A DNA stretch of 20,000 nt, from IMG/VR virus record IMGVR_UViG_3300023097_000002, positions 52,270-72,269 of that record. One strand, written 5' to 3'. The position numbers were made by a program, and so were the translations under genes. The DNA comes from an uncultured virus (IMG/VR IMGVR_UViG_3300023097_000002). Its lineage: Duplodnaviria > Heunggongvirae > Uroviricota > Caudoviricetes. The notes under the pieces were generated by a model, which saw only the letters and a program-made list of their open reading frames with translations, was not told the origin of the DNA and ran no database searches. Every line of letters starts with the position of its first letter. The first letter of the stretch is position 1. Positions 7,579-15,069 of the stretch are shown here, piece by piece.

Positions 7579-8021
7579 CACACGGATCCGTTGCCGGGTA
7601 CCGGATCCTCCGGTGCGATCCGCATGAAGAACGGCAGCACGTAGAAGTGCCCGGGGTAGGAGACCTGCATGATCTGGCGGTTGTAGAGATCGATGAACTG
7701 CTGCTGCTGGGCTCCGGACAGATGCTGGTAGTAGAACTTCGCCTGAATCTGCGCGGAGCCGTCGGACTCCGAGCGCGGCGGGTGCAGGTACGCCTTGTAG
7801 TTCTTGTCGGTCGGTCCGACCGACCATCCCTCGGCGACCAGCTTCAGGAACTTGCCCGGGTGCAGTGATCCGCAGAACGAGCAGTACGGCACCGCCTCTC
7901 CGGCGCGGCGCGGCTCCTCGCGCCACTCGTCCTGGCCCTCTGATCTGTCCCAGGGACCCATCTCCCGCATCCGGCGCGGGCAGGTCTGGATGTCCACTTG
8001 TCCTCCTTGAGTTCCATGCAC
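7578..8021 (-). CDS. Hypothetical phage protein with CSFCGSLHP zinc-binding motif
   Basis: Codon bias. RBS before GTG at 8021 (alternative GTG at 7997 with AAGGAGG). Motifs CPRR, CSFCGS, TDKNYK.Y, KFYYQH. Confidence 0.8.
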   Translation of the reverse strand: MHGTQGGQVDIQTCPRRMREMGPWDRSEGQDEWREEPRRAGEAVPYCSFCGSLHPGKFLKLVAEGWSVGPTDKNYKAYLHPPRSESDGSAQIQAKFYYQHLSGAQQQQFIDLYNRQIMQVSYPGHFYVLPFFMRIAPEDPVPGNGSV

Positions 8022-8060
8022 ATGGTGCTCCTGGAACTACAGCTCACTTTGAGGATTCCG

Positions 8061-10430
8061 TCAGTAGGGTGAGATCATTTCCTCCTCCCAGTAGTCGTTG
8101 TCCTCGATGAGGGAGCTGGCCATCGTCTCGGCCGTCTCGGTCAGAACATCACCCTGGCGAAGACCCTCGGCCACCGGGGCGACCGCGTACGCGATGGCGT
8201 CGGCGTAGTCGGGGGACTTGCCGTACTCCTTGCGCATCTCCTCCTTGGAGGCGATGAGCAGGCGGCCGTTCTTGATCGAGTAGAAGACCATCTTCAGGTC
8301 GTCGGCGATCAGCTCGTCAGGGTCGATGAACTTCGCCGAGCCGTTGCGCATCTTCTGGCGAAGCTGCTCGAACCAGTAGGCACGGGCGTTGTAGAAGCCG
8401 TAGACCGAACCACCGACATCCGCCGGAGGGGCCGCCGATCCGTGCATCTCGTAGACGGTGAACCACGGATCCGGCAGCAGCGTCGCACGGGCGTTCAGGG
8501 TGTCGACGACACCGGCACCGAGACCAACGGCGTCGACCCGGATCTCCACCCAGGGCGCCTTGCGCTCCTCCTTCAGGCGTTCGGCGATCTGGAGTACCTT
8601 GTGGGCCGAGGACACCGTGTCGGTCCCTGACCAGGATTCCTCGATCTGCGCGGTCACGCCGGAGTACGAAGCGACCACCGTCTTGTCAGCACCGAAGCGC
8701 GCGACGTCGACACCCAGGCGCAGCACCGAGTACAGCGAAGGCTTCGGAGTCTCGTCGATCGCGTCGGCCACCAGCGACGGGGCGAACAGCGACGACATGC
8801 TCTGCTCGGGGAATTTGGCCAGCACCTTCGCGATGTAGCGCGGGTCCTTCTCGCCCCAGTCGTCGAGGCGTTCCTGCACCCAGTCACGTGAGACGAGGAC
8901 TTCGTTCAGGAGCTTGGGCACCGGCTCGCCCGTGAAGTTCGGAGTGCTCGACGCGGGGATCGAGATCCGATTCCACAGGTGCGCGGTCTTCGACTCCATG
9001 AAGTTCTTGCCGAAGTCCGTGTTCCGGTCGTCGGGGTTCCCGATGGCCAGGATGCGGCAGCCGACGTTCGTGGTGATGGCCTCGACGCCGGTCCAGATCT
9101 CCTCGGGAATGCCGCACGCCTCATCCAGGAGGGCCAGTACGTACCGGCGGTGAATACCGTGGAAGGAGTGGCGGTCGCCCTTGGCGGGCTTTCGGCCGAA
9201 GCCGACGATCTGCCCGTCGCCCAGCTTCCACTCATCCGCCTGCGTCACGCGGCCCGGCATCGGATACTCGCCACGCAAGGCGTTCGAGTGGTGCTTGCGG
9301 ATCTCCTCCCAGAGGATCTTGTTGACCTGCGCGTAGGTCGGTGCGGTCGAGACGACGATCGCCTGGCCCGGGGGCTTCGTCGAGACCCACCAGCAGGCCA
9401 GCACCGAAGCGATCATCGAGTTGTGGGTGGGAATCCCGCGCTCGCCGCAGAGGTACAGGTGGTCGGGCGAGTCGACCTGGATGCACTGCACGTCCCGCTC
9501 ACCCACCGGCTTCACGGAGGTGATGCGCCAGCCGTCATCACCCCAGGACCCTTGCGTCAGCAGCAGATGCGACAGGGCGATGGCCCGCTGGTTGGCATCC
9601 GGAAGAAGGGTCGGAGCGTGAGATCCCATCAGGGCCAGGTGCCGCATCGTGATGCCGTACTGCCGCTCGCGCCGGTAGATCGTCTGAACGCCCGCCTCGC
9701 GCATCCGGTCCCTGACCGAGAAGATCTCCTCCGGCTCACCCTGGCGCGTCTTCCAGAGCAGCGCGGTGCGCCCGTGGGGATCGAGTCCGCCGCGCTCGGC
9801 CAGCAGTGCCTGCATCGCTTCGTCGGCCGTCCACGCGAGTCCGCGCGGAATGATCTCCGGTGCCCGCCCGGGAACGACGACCGTGCCGGGCCGCAGCTTG
9901 GCGATCTGCTTGGTGGTCAGGGTCTTCGCCTTGTGCATCCACAACCCGGTCTCCACCGGTACGCCCGCCCGGTCGGACTTGAGCTGGATGTCGGCCAGGC
10001 CCTGAAGGTCGAGCACTGGCCACAGGTGATCGGCCGAGGCGATGATCTCCTCGCAGGCGCCGCCCCTCTCCAGACGGACGACGTAACTCTCGGCCTTGTG
10101 CTCGCCCGTGACGGCCACCACCTCGACCGGCGAGCCATCGGAGCCCAGCACCTTCATGCCCTCGGTGATCTCACCCATCCTCACCGGGCCCGACGGGGTG
10201 TGAACCAGTTCGTCCAGCCCGAGCGCCTTGCCGGTGCCGTGACAGGAGGCGACGACCGTGCGCTTGTTCCGGATGAGAGAGGAGCAGATTTCCTGCTGCT
10301 TGCTCCACAGGTGGACGCCGAGAACGTCCCTGGCCCACCCCACCGGATCGTTGACCCATCCGGCCTGCCGCGCCTGATTGCGGAAGTATGCCTCCGCCTC
10401 GGCGGCGATCCGCTCTTCGTGTGAGGACAT
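8061..10430 (-). CDS. terL: Terminase large subunit, intein-containing (789-aa precursor, ~520 aa spliced)
   Basis: Walker A SCHGTGK|S split by the intein, Walker B LALLDEA, GNP coupling motif, nuclease LGVDVARFGADKT and SPDYADA. RBS GAAAGGA before ATG at 10430. Confidence 0.95.
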   Translation of the reverse strand: MSSHEERIAAEAEAYFRNQARQAGWVNDPVGWARDVLGVHLWSKQQEICSSLIRNKRTVVASCHGTGKALGLDELVHTPSGPVRMGEITEGMKVLGSDGSPVEVVAVTGEHKAESYVVRLERGGACEEIIASADHLWPVLDLQGLADIQLKSDRAGVPVETGLWMHKAKTLTTKQIAKLRPGTVVVPGRAPEIIPRGLAWTADEAMQALLAERGGLDPHGRTALLWKTRQGEPEEIFSVRDRMREAGVQTIYRRERQYGITMRHLALMGSHAPTLLPDANQRAIALSHLLLTQGSWGDDGWRITSVKPVGERDVQCIQVDSPDHLYLCGERGIPTHNSMIASVLACWWVSTKPPGQAIVVSTAPTYAQVNKILWEEIRKHHSNALRGEYPMPGRVTQADEWKLGDGQIVGFGRKPAKGDRHSFHGIHRRYVLALLDEACGIPEEIWTGVEAITTNVGCRILAIGNPDDRNTDFGKNFMESKTAHLWNRISIPASSTPNFTGEPVPKLLNEVLVSRDWVQERLDDWGEKDPRYIAKVLAKFPEQSMSSLFAPSLVADAIDETPKPSLYSVLRLGVDVARFGADKTVVASYSGVTAQIEESWSGTDTVSSAHKVLQIAERLKEERKAPWVEIRVDAVGLGAGVVDTLNARATLLPDPWFTVYEMHGSAAPPADVGGSVYGFYNARAYWFEQLRQKMRNGSAKFIDPDELIADDLKMVFYSIKNGRLLIASKEEMRKEYGKSPDYADAIAYAVAPVAEGLRQGDVLTETAETMASSLIEDNDYWEEEMISPY
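9420..10226 (-). mobile_element. Class 3 (Ala1, WCT motif) intein, 269 aa
   Basis: Starts ALGLDELVHTPSG, block B ADHLW (W), block F VQCIQV (C), block G IPTHN/S (T). Confidence 0.92.
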
Positions 10431-10497
10431 GCCGTTCCTTTCTGCTGCGACGCGTACAGCATTCCTCACCGGGGAACATTTTCGGTAACCTTGTGAT

Positions 10498-10587
10498 GCC
10501 CCACCCGCGCAGCACTGGGCAGCGCGGACTCCACTTCCTGGGGCTGAGACTCACGGGGACCCGGCCAACTGGCCGGGTCCCCTTCCT
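10498..10587 (+). ncRNA. Candidate ~90-nt structured RNA (sRNA or regulatory leader)
   Basis: -10 TAACCT at 10486-10491. The stem GCCCCA/TGGGGC begins 6 nt later and encloses a CCGCGC/GCGCGG hairpin. A perfect GGGGACCCGGCC/GGCCGGGTCCCC hairpin and TTCCT follow. Confidence 0.4.
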
Positions 10588-10602
10588 CATGGGGAGGCAA
10601 GG

Positions 10603-10770
10603 ATGGCTTCTGAACTGGGACGTGTGGCCTATGAGGCATACGGAGAAAGCGTCGGCTGGACCACGTTCTCGGGCACTCGGATGCCCACATGGGAAGAGCA
10701 GAATGAACGGCTGAAGCAGGCATGGAACTCGGCCGCCGCAGCCGTGGAAGCGCGAGTGCGCGAAGAGTAG
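10603..10770 (+). CDS. 55-aa phage hypothetical protein (absent from the ORF track)
   Basis: RBS GGGGAGG. Translates to MASELGRVAYEAYGESVGWTTFSGTRMPTWEEQNERLKQAWNSAAAAVEARVREE, with an AYEAY...MP.W...AW.AAA pattern I recognise from phage proteins. Confidence 0.8.
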   Translation: MASELGRVAYEAYGESVGWTTFSGTRMPTWEEQNERLKQAWNSAAAAVEARVREE

Positions 10771-10839
10771 CGAGTTCCCTGAACTTCCCGCCCCCAATCG
10801 GACTTTCCTTTTGCGGCACTCTGTGTCATCCTCAAAAAC

Positions 10840-11211
10840 ATGAGGAATATGTACCCGAAACCATGTGGCGTCTGCCAGGGACGGGTGCCAGCCGGAGAGG
10901 GCAACGTCCAGGGGTCGCACGCATCCGGCTGGACCGTCACGCATGACGTCTGCCCGCGCGAATCGGTCCGTCACGGCCACGCCCAGGCGTACGCGCGCCG
11001 GGTGATGGGCGTGCTGCGCCGCAAGGAGTCCACCGCCAACGACATCTCCGAGGCCCTGGCCGGTCTCGCCGCCCTCATGCGCACGGGATGGACCAGCCGT
11101 GAGGGGTGCGAGAAGGTCATCCTCCGGGCCCCGGCGTTCAGTGATCTGGATCGCCTGGAAGTCGAGGAGATCCTGAACCGGTCCCTCTCCGAGGAAGGAA
11201 CGCGCTGCTAG
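10840..11211 (+). CDS. Hypothetical protein: N-terminal Zn-binding module plus helical domain weakly resembling a primase C-terminal domain
   Basis: MRNMYPKPCGVC...PAGEG...HDVC at the N-terminus. No SD; CATCCT lies 7 nt upstream, so possibly leaderless. Confidence 0.75.
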   Translation: MRNMYPKPCGVCQGRVPAGEGNVQGSHASGWTVTHDVCPRESVRHGHAQAYARRVMGVLRRKESTANDISEALAGLAALMRTGWTSREGCEKVILRAPAFSDLDRLEVEEILNRSLSEEGTRC

Positions 11212-11399
11212 TCACGCAGCCCAAGAGCATCGAGAAGTTCAGAGAGGGCGGCCTTCTGGTCGCCCTCTTCTGCTTCTCCGCGCAGTGCGTACGACGCCAT
11301 GTTCAGCATCGCTCGACGACGGCAGGGCTGGCACTGCCCGCAGGGTACGGCACCGCAGGTTCGGGGAATGGTGATCGTGCTGACCGGGGCGATATCCAT
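11208..11399 (-). CDS. Small Cys-rich hypothetical protein
   Basis: CxxxxCxxCxxC motif, purine-rich RBS, and a stop overlapping that of the convergent gene. Confidence 0.6.
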   Translation of the reverse strand: MDIAPVSTITIPRTCGAVPCGQCQPCRRRAMLNMASYALRGEAEEGDQKAALSELLDALGLRD

Positions 11400-11491
11400 G
11401 GTTTCTCTCTTTCGTGGAACTTGAATTTGGCCTAGGTCATGTGGTCTGATGGATACAGCACGTCCCCACTTCGGAGAGGAACCCCGAACAC

Positions 11492-11926
11492 ATGAACAAG
11501 ACGAGCATCGCGGCCGGTGCCGCCGCCATCGCGCTGACCGGATCCCTCGCCCTCGCGGGCACCGCCTCTGCCGACTCCTGCAAGCCCGGCCAGGTGCAGA
11601 CCGCCTACGGCTGCGGCGACGTGACCGGCGAGATCAAGGGCGAGCAGGGCAAGTCCACCGGCATCACCTCCTTCGTCACCCCGGCCGTCGGCGTGGACTT
11701 CCGCGACGAGAACGGCAACAAGACGGGCTCCGGCTTCTACCCGGCGAACGGCTTCGAGTACCTGGGCAAGAAGAAGCACGGCAAGAACGGCGACGGCACG
11801 CTCATCCTGGTGCGCCAGATGACCAAGTCCCAGGACGGCGCCAGCATCACCCAGTCCGGCTACGGCAACCTCTACAAGGGCTGGATCCCGGTGAAGTACA
11901 CCCAGCTCCCGTCCATGTTCGACTGA
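11492..11926 (+). CDS. Secreted protein with Sec signal peptide and SH3b-like beta domain
   Basis: Signal peptide MNKTSIAAGAAAIALTGSLALAGTASA|D, two Cys, and a C-terminal GWIPVKY. Extreme C-ending codon bias. RBS GGAGAGG. Confidence 0.85.
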   Translation: MNKTSIAAGAAAIALTGSLALAGTASADSCKPGQVQTAYGCGDVTGEIKGEQGKSTGITSFVTPAVGVDFRDENGNKTGSGFYPANGFEYLGKKKHGKNGDGTLILVRQMTKSQDGASITQSGYGNLYKGWIPVKYTQLPSMFD

Positions 11927-11929
11927 CCC

Positions 11930-12160
11930 GTGCAGGTCTCCTGGAGCAAGGCGGCGGCGTTCGACGCATCCGAGTCCGTGGACTGGAAGCAAGCCGAATC
12001 GGAAGCGCTGACGATGTTCGCCGACGACTCGGTTCTGGGAATGGCACGACGGTCCTCCCTCAACCTCCTGTCGCTGGAACTTCCCTGCGGCCTGGAGGTG
12101 GACTTCGAAGTCGTCGAAGGGGAGGACCGCGTCCATATTCAGTGGGCGGGCCGAGCCTAG
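11930..12160 (+). CDS. Hypothetical protein with a RelE/ParE-like secondary-structure pattern
   Basis: MQVSWSKAA... and LEVDFEVVEGEDRVHIQWAGR. GTG lies 3 nt after the previous stop. Confidence 0.6.
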   Translation: MQVSWSKAAAFDASESVDWKQAESEALTMFADDSVLGMARRSSLNLLSLELPCGLEVDFEVVEGEDRVHIQWAGRA

Positions 12161-12282
12161 CTTTTCAGCGACGGTCGCTTCACCCATGGCTTCACGGCCG
12201 TGCATGACGGCGCCTGGACGGTGCGCCACCAGGGGGCATGGTGCCTCCCGCAGATGCACCGCCAGCGCGTCATCGTCCACAT
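12157..12282 (-). CDS. 41-aa Trp/Arg-rich peptide
   Basis: TGATG overlap with the upstream gene and RBS AAGGAG. Sequence MWTMTRWRCICGRHHAPWWRTV... Confidence 0.5.
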   Translation of the reverse strand: MWTMTRWRCICGRHHAPWWRTVQAPSCTAVKPWVKRPSLKS

Positions 12283-12587
12283 CACAGCTCCTTCGAAGTG
12301 GCCCCGCTCACGAGCGGGGCCACCGGCTTTTCCGGCCAGTGCCAGGTGCCCGGAGTCGCTTCGCCATTCAGGGCCAGACCTTCGACGTCGAAGGCGACAT
12401 CCTTGGCGAACTGGAAGCCTTCGGGGTTCATGACGGTGAGGTGCACGATCCCGGCCGACAGGTCGACGACCTCGGTGATGGTGGCCGCCCGGCACTTCGA
12501 CGGGTACTGCTGCACTCCGTCCTGCGGCGCCGAGCCCAGCGACGTGTAGTGCACGGCGCGGCCGACGGAGGCGATGTCCTTGCTCAT
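12282..12587 (-). CDS. Conserved phage hypothetical protein (SVGR.VHY...CRAA.ITEV...GTWHWP family)
   Basis: Recognisable motif set. ATGA overlap with the methyltransferase stop. RBS AGGAG. Confidence 0.85.
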   Translation of the reverse strand: MSKDIASVGRAVHYTSLGSAPQDGVQQYPSKCRAATITEVVDLSAGIVHLTVMNPEGFQFAKDVAFDVEGLALNGEATPGTWHWPEKPVAPLVSGATSKEL

Positions 12588-13144
12588 GAGATCTCCTGGA
12601 CGAGGATGTCGCGGGTGTCCCACGGGGTATGCCGCTTGCGCAGCTTGAAGTTCGCGCCGTCCTCGCGCAGGAAGGGGATCAGCACCCGGCCCTTGCGGAC
12701 CTCGCGATGATCGGTGTTCATGTCGTCGCCCATGATCAGGCCAGGGTGCTCGATCAGGTCGAGCGCCAGCAGGTACTCCCGCATGGTGGCCGCGCCGTCG
12801 TTGTCGGCATCCAGGTAGATCACGTCGAACTTCTCGCCGTCGATCTTCAGCTCTTCCATGGTGGCCACGGAGTCCCCGGCGTAGAAGTCGCAGAAATCCC
12901 CCAGCCCTTCGGAGTCCACGGCACGCCGTGCCTCATGCGGCTCCAGGTCGATGCCGACGTACTCGCTCCCTGGATGCTCCTTCAGGAGGCGGGCGAAGGC
13001 GAGAGTCGAATGCCCGTCACCCTTCAGGTGGTCGTCGTCGAGATTCCGCAGAACGCCGACCTCCAGAACGCGTAGGGTTTTCTTGCCCGTACGCTCCATG
13101 AAAGCGGGCAGCTCTTCATAGATGATTTCACCGATGGTCGTCAC
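12584..13144 (-). CDS. Class I SAM-dependent methyltransferase (Methyltransf_24-like)
   Basis: VLEVG...G.ST, YVGID, GDS, FDVIYLDA and GLIMGDD motifs. GTG at 13144 lies 6 nt after TATCCT (leaderless geometry). Confidence 0.85.
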   Translation of the reverse strand: MTTIGEIIYEELPAFMERTGKKTLRVLEVGVLRNLDDDHLKGDGHSTLAFARLLKEHPGSEYVGIDLEPHEARRAVDSEGLGDFCDFYAGDSVATMEELKIDGEKFDVIYLDADNDGAATMREYLLALDLIEHPGLIMGDDMNTDHREVRKGRVLIPFLREDGANFKLRKRHTPWDTRDILVQEIS

Positions 13145-13183
13145 CAGAAGAGGATACAGCTCAGCCCCGGAGAGGAGAGAGGC

Positions 13184-13438
13184 ATGGTCAGCGAAACACC
13201 CGAACGCGTACACAAGAGCTGCCCGACCTGCACCTGTGAAGAGGTGCGCGAGCGGACCATCGTGTACCCGCCGAACCTGATCCTCTACGGCGCCTGCGGG
13301 GGTGCTGACGGCTGCGGAAAGGTGAAGTGGCAGTCGGAGACGTGGACGCGGCGCAACGGGTCCTGGACGCCCACCAGGAAGACGCACTGCGACTGCTGCC
13401 GGGAAGGATGCCACGGCCACACGAGGGAGAAGCGATGA
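13184..13438 (+). CDS. Cys-rich zinc-binding hypothetical protein
   Basis: RBS GGAGAGGAG. Motifs HxxCxxCxC, CxxxxxC and CxCC. Confidence 0.75.
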   Translation: MVSETPERVHKSCPTCTCEEVRERTIVYPPNLILYGACGGADGCGKVKWQSETWTRRNGSWTPTRKTHCDCCREGCHGHTREKR

Positions 13439-13662
13439 ACAAGCGGTACCGGAAGGCGATGCGCCTGAAGTCCCGGCACTACCGGCAGGGACACAACCAG
13501 TTCTGCAAGTGCTGGGAACTCTGGCAGAACTTCGGCCTGGCGCTGAAGCGTCGACTGGAATCCGGCGAGCCCCTGCCGCGCCGCCGGGTCAGGATGAGGA
13601 CTTCGGAGCCAGCTTCGCCACGTACTGGTGCGAGCACCCCAGCATCGCCGCCACATCCCTGA
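13435..13662 (+). CDS. Basic hypothetical protein, 75 aa
   Basis: ATGA overlap with the previous gene and RBS GAGGGAG. Its 3' end overlaps the convergent HicB-like gene by 74 nt. Confidence 0.55.
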   Translation: MNKRYRKAMRLKSRHYRQGHNQFCKCWELWQNFGLALKRRLESGEPLPRRRVRMRTSEPASPRTGASTPASPPHP

Positions 13663-13981
13663 CGGTCATCCGCTTCGTGAGGGCGCGGGCCGCAGCACCC
13701 ATGGCTGCGTCGTAGTGGAACTTGGCATCCCTCAGAGCGGCTTGCCTGTGGTGCACCTCGTCGACCAGCTCCTGAAGTTCGGCGTCTTCCAGCTTGAGGT
13801 CGACGACTACCGAACCCGGTGGCGCACTCAGTGCCATCTCGGCGGCTCGCTGAAGAAGCTCTTGCGCCTGCTTCCAGGTCTTCCCCATCGAGAGTGCCTG
13901 CTTGCCGTCAGGCAGGCCCTGCGTGCTGGTCAGCCAGGAGTCTTCCCCGCGTGTCGCGAGTCCGTTGACTATCTGCTTCAT
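13589..13981 (-). CDS. hicB: HicB-family antitoxin-like protein with C-terminal HTH
   Basis: ATR...W....GLP.....S.GKTWKQA..L...A..MAL..PPGSV.VDL N-domain, helical linker, then HTH MTVRDVAAMLGCSHQYVAKL. This is the typical actinobacterial HicB layout. Confidence 0.8.
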   Translation of the reverse strand: MKQIVNGLATRGEDSWLTSTQGLPDGKQALSMGKTWKQAQELLQRAAEMALSAPPGSVVVDLKLEDAELQELVDEVHHRQAALRDAKFHYDAAMGAAARALTKRMTVRDVAAMLGCSHQYVAKLAPKSSS

Positions 13982-14007
13982 GCATTCTAGTCAACCGCAT
14001 GCGACAC
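13951..14007. promoter_or_regulatory. Inverted repeat straddling the hicB start codon
   Basis: GTGTCGC..GTTGACTA-N16-TAGTCAAC..GCGACAC. Confidence 0.55.
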
Positions 14008-14331
14008 AGTCTGTCCATTCGGCTCGCGGATGCAGTCGCCGCCGCAGGGGCACGAAGAGATTTTCTCTGCGCAGCACCGGCAGAAGTACCAGAACGACTC
14101 GGGGCAGTCGTCGAAGAGGCCGACCAGCCCCTCCCAGAAGAACGTGATCGAGCAGGTCTCGCACTCCATCATGTCGCTCGGGCAGGACACCCCCTTCCGG
14201 CGCGGCAGCCAGGCGTTGCTCAGCGAAGGGCAGTCCTGGTCATGTGTCTGGATCAGGTCCCGCTGGCCGGTGAAGCAGCCACCTCCGTCAGGGTTCTGAG
14301 TCCAGCGCTCCACGTACGGATCGAGGGGCAT
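13987..14331 (-). CDS. Cys-rich hypothetical protein, 114 aa
   Basis: TGATG overlap with the putative terS and RBS GGAGGAG. Multiple CxxC motifs. Confidence 0.75.
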   Translation of the reverse strand: MPLDPYVERWTQNPDGGGCFTGQRDLIQTHDQDCPSLSNAWLPRRKGVSCPSDMMECETCSITFFWEGLVGLFDDCPESFWYFCRCCAEKISSCPCGGDCIREPNGQTVSHAVD

Positions 14332-14909
14332 CAGTCGAACTCCTCCATCACGGGCTCCAGCTCTACCGGCCCGGTGCTGCCGCCACCCACCTTGACGATC
14401 GCGGCCGAGTTGCGGGCAATGGCGTCGGCGGCCATGGCGGGAAAGACTTCGCCCCACATCTGCTCGACCGCCTCCCTCGACTCCTCGGGCAGTATGTCGA
14501 CGACCTTCTCCAGCATGCCGACCCGGATGGCGTCGATGGCCGTGGTGACGAGCTGGGTCTGCGCCTGGGTGAGGCGGATCTGCTCGTCGCGCAGGCGGTC
14601 CTTCTTCAGGTCCATCAGCTCGGTGATCTCACGGACCGTCTCGATGAGGTTCTTCGCGTTGCGGCCCTGGGTCAGGAGGTCGCCGTCCATCACCTGCTGC
14701 CACAAGGCGCCCAGGATCCGTTCCAGGCGGGCGAGCTGAAGCATGCGCATCTGCACGATGGACATCGACGTCGCCTGGTCTTCCAGGTACGTGTTCATCC
14801 GCTCGTGGACGGCCTCGATTTCCATCCCGGTACGGGCGGCGATCTGCGCAAGCGTCATGCCCTGCGCGGCGTAGTCCACCATCACCTGGGCGAGCGAGTC
14901 GTGTGCCAT
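14331..14909 (-). CDS. Putative terminase small subunit (HTH plus helical oligomerisation region)
   Basis: N-terminal HTH GMTLAQIAARTG....VH, followed by R.LQL.RLE..L..LW.....GD, as in actinophage TerS-like proteins. Same strand as terL and upstream of it. Confidence 0.65.
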   Translation of the reverse strand: MAHDSLAQVMVDYAAQGMTLAQIAARTGMEIEAVHERMNTYLEDQATSMSIVQMRMLQLARLERILGALWQQVMDGDLLTQGRNAKNLIETVREITELMDLKKDRLRDEQIRLTQAQTQLVTTAIDAIRVGMLEKVVDILPEESREAVEQMWGEVFPAMAADAIARNSAAIVKVGGGSTGPVELEPVMEEFD

Positions 14910-14952
14910 ACCCTCATCTCCTGAACGTCTGATAAACGCGCAGGCCAGCGCG

Positions 14953-15069
14953 TCATTCCTCGGTGTCGACGGGTCCGATGATCTGGATGCCGCCCTGGTA
15001 CTGAGGATGCCTTGCCTGGCTCTGGATCTTCTCGAACCAGATGCGGACCGCCTCGCGTTCCATGTCCAT
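14953..15069 (-). CDS. 38-aa hypothetical peptide (absent from the ORF track)
   Basis: MDMEREAVRIWFEKIQSQARHPQYQGGIQIIGPVDTEE. TGATG overlap with the PnuC-like gene and GC3 bias. Confidence 0.55.
   Translation of the reverse strand: MDMEREAVRIWFEKIQSQARHPQYQGGIQIIGPVDTEE

Noticed and set aside
11416..11449. ECF-sigma-like GGAACTT...TCTGA upstream of the secreted protein
   Set aside because: The spacer is about 22 nt, too long for the consensus.
13145..13420. N-terminal extension of the methyltransferase ORF
   Set aside because: It overlaps the well-supported plus-strand gene 13184-13438. The start at 13144 fits better.
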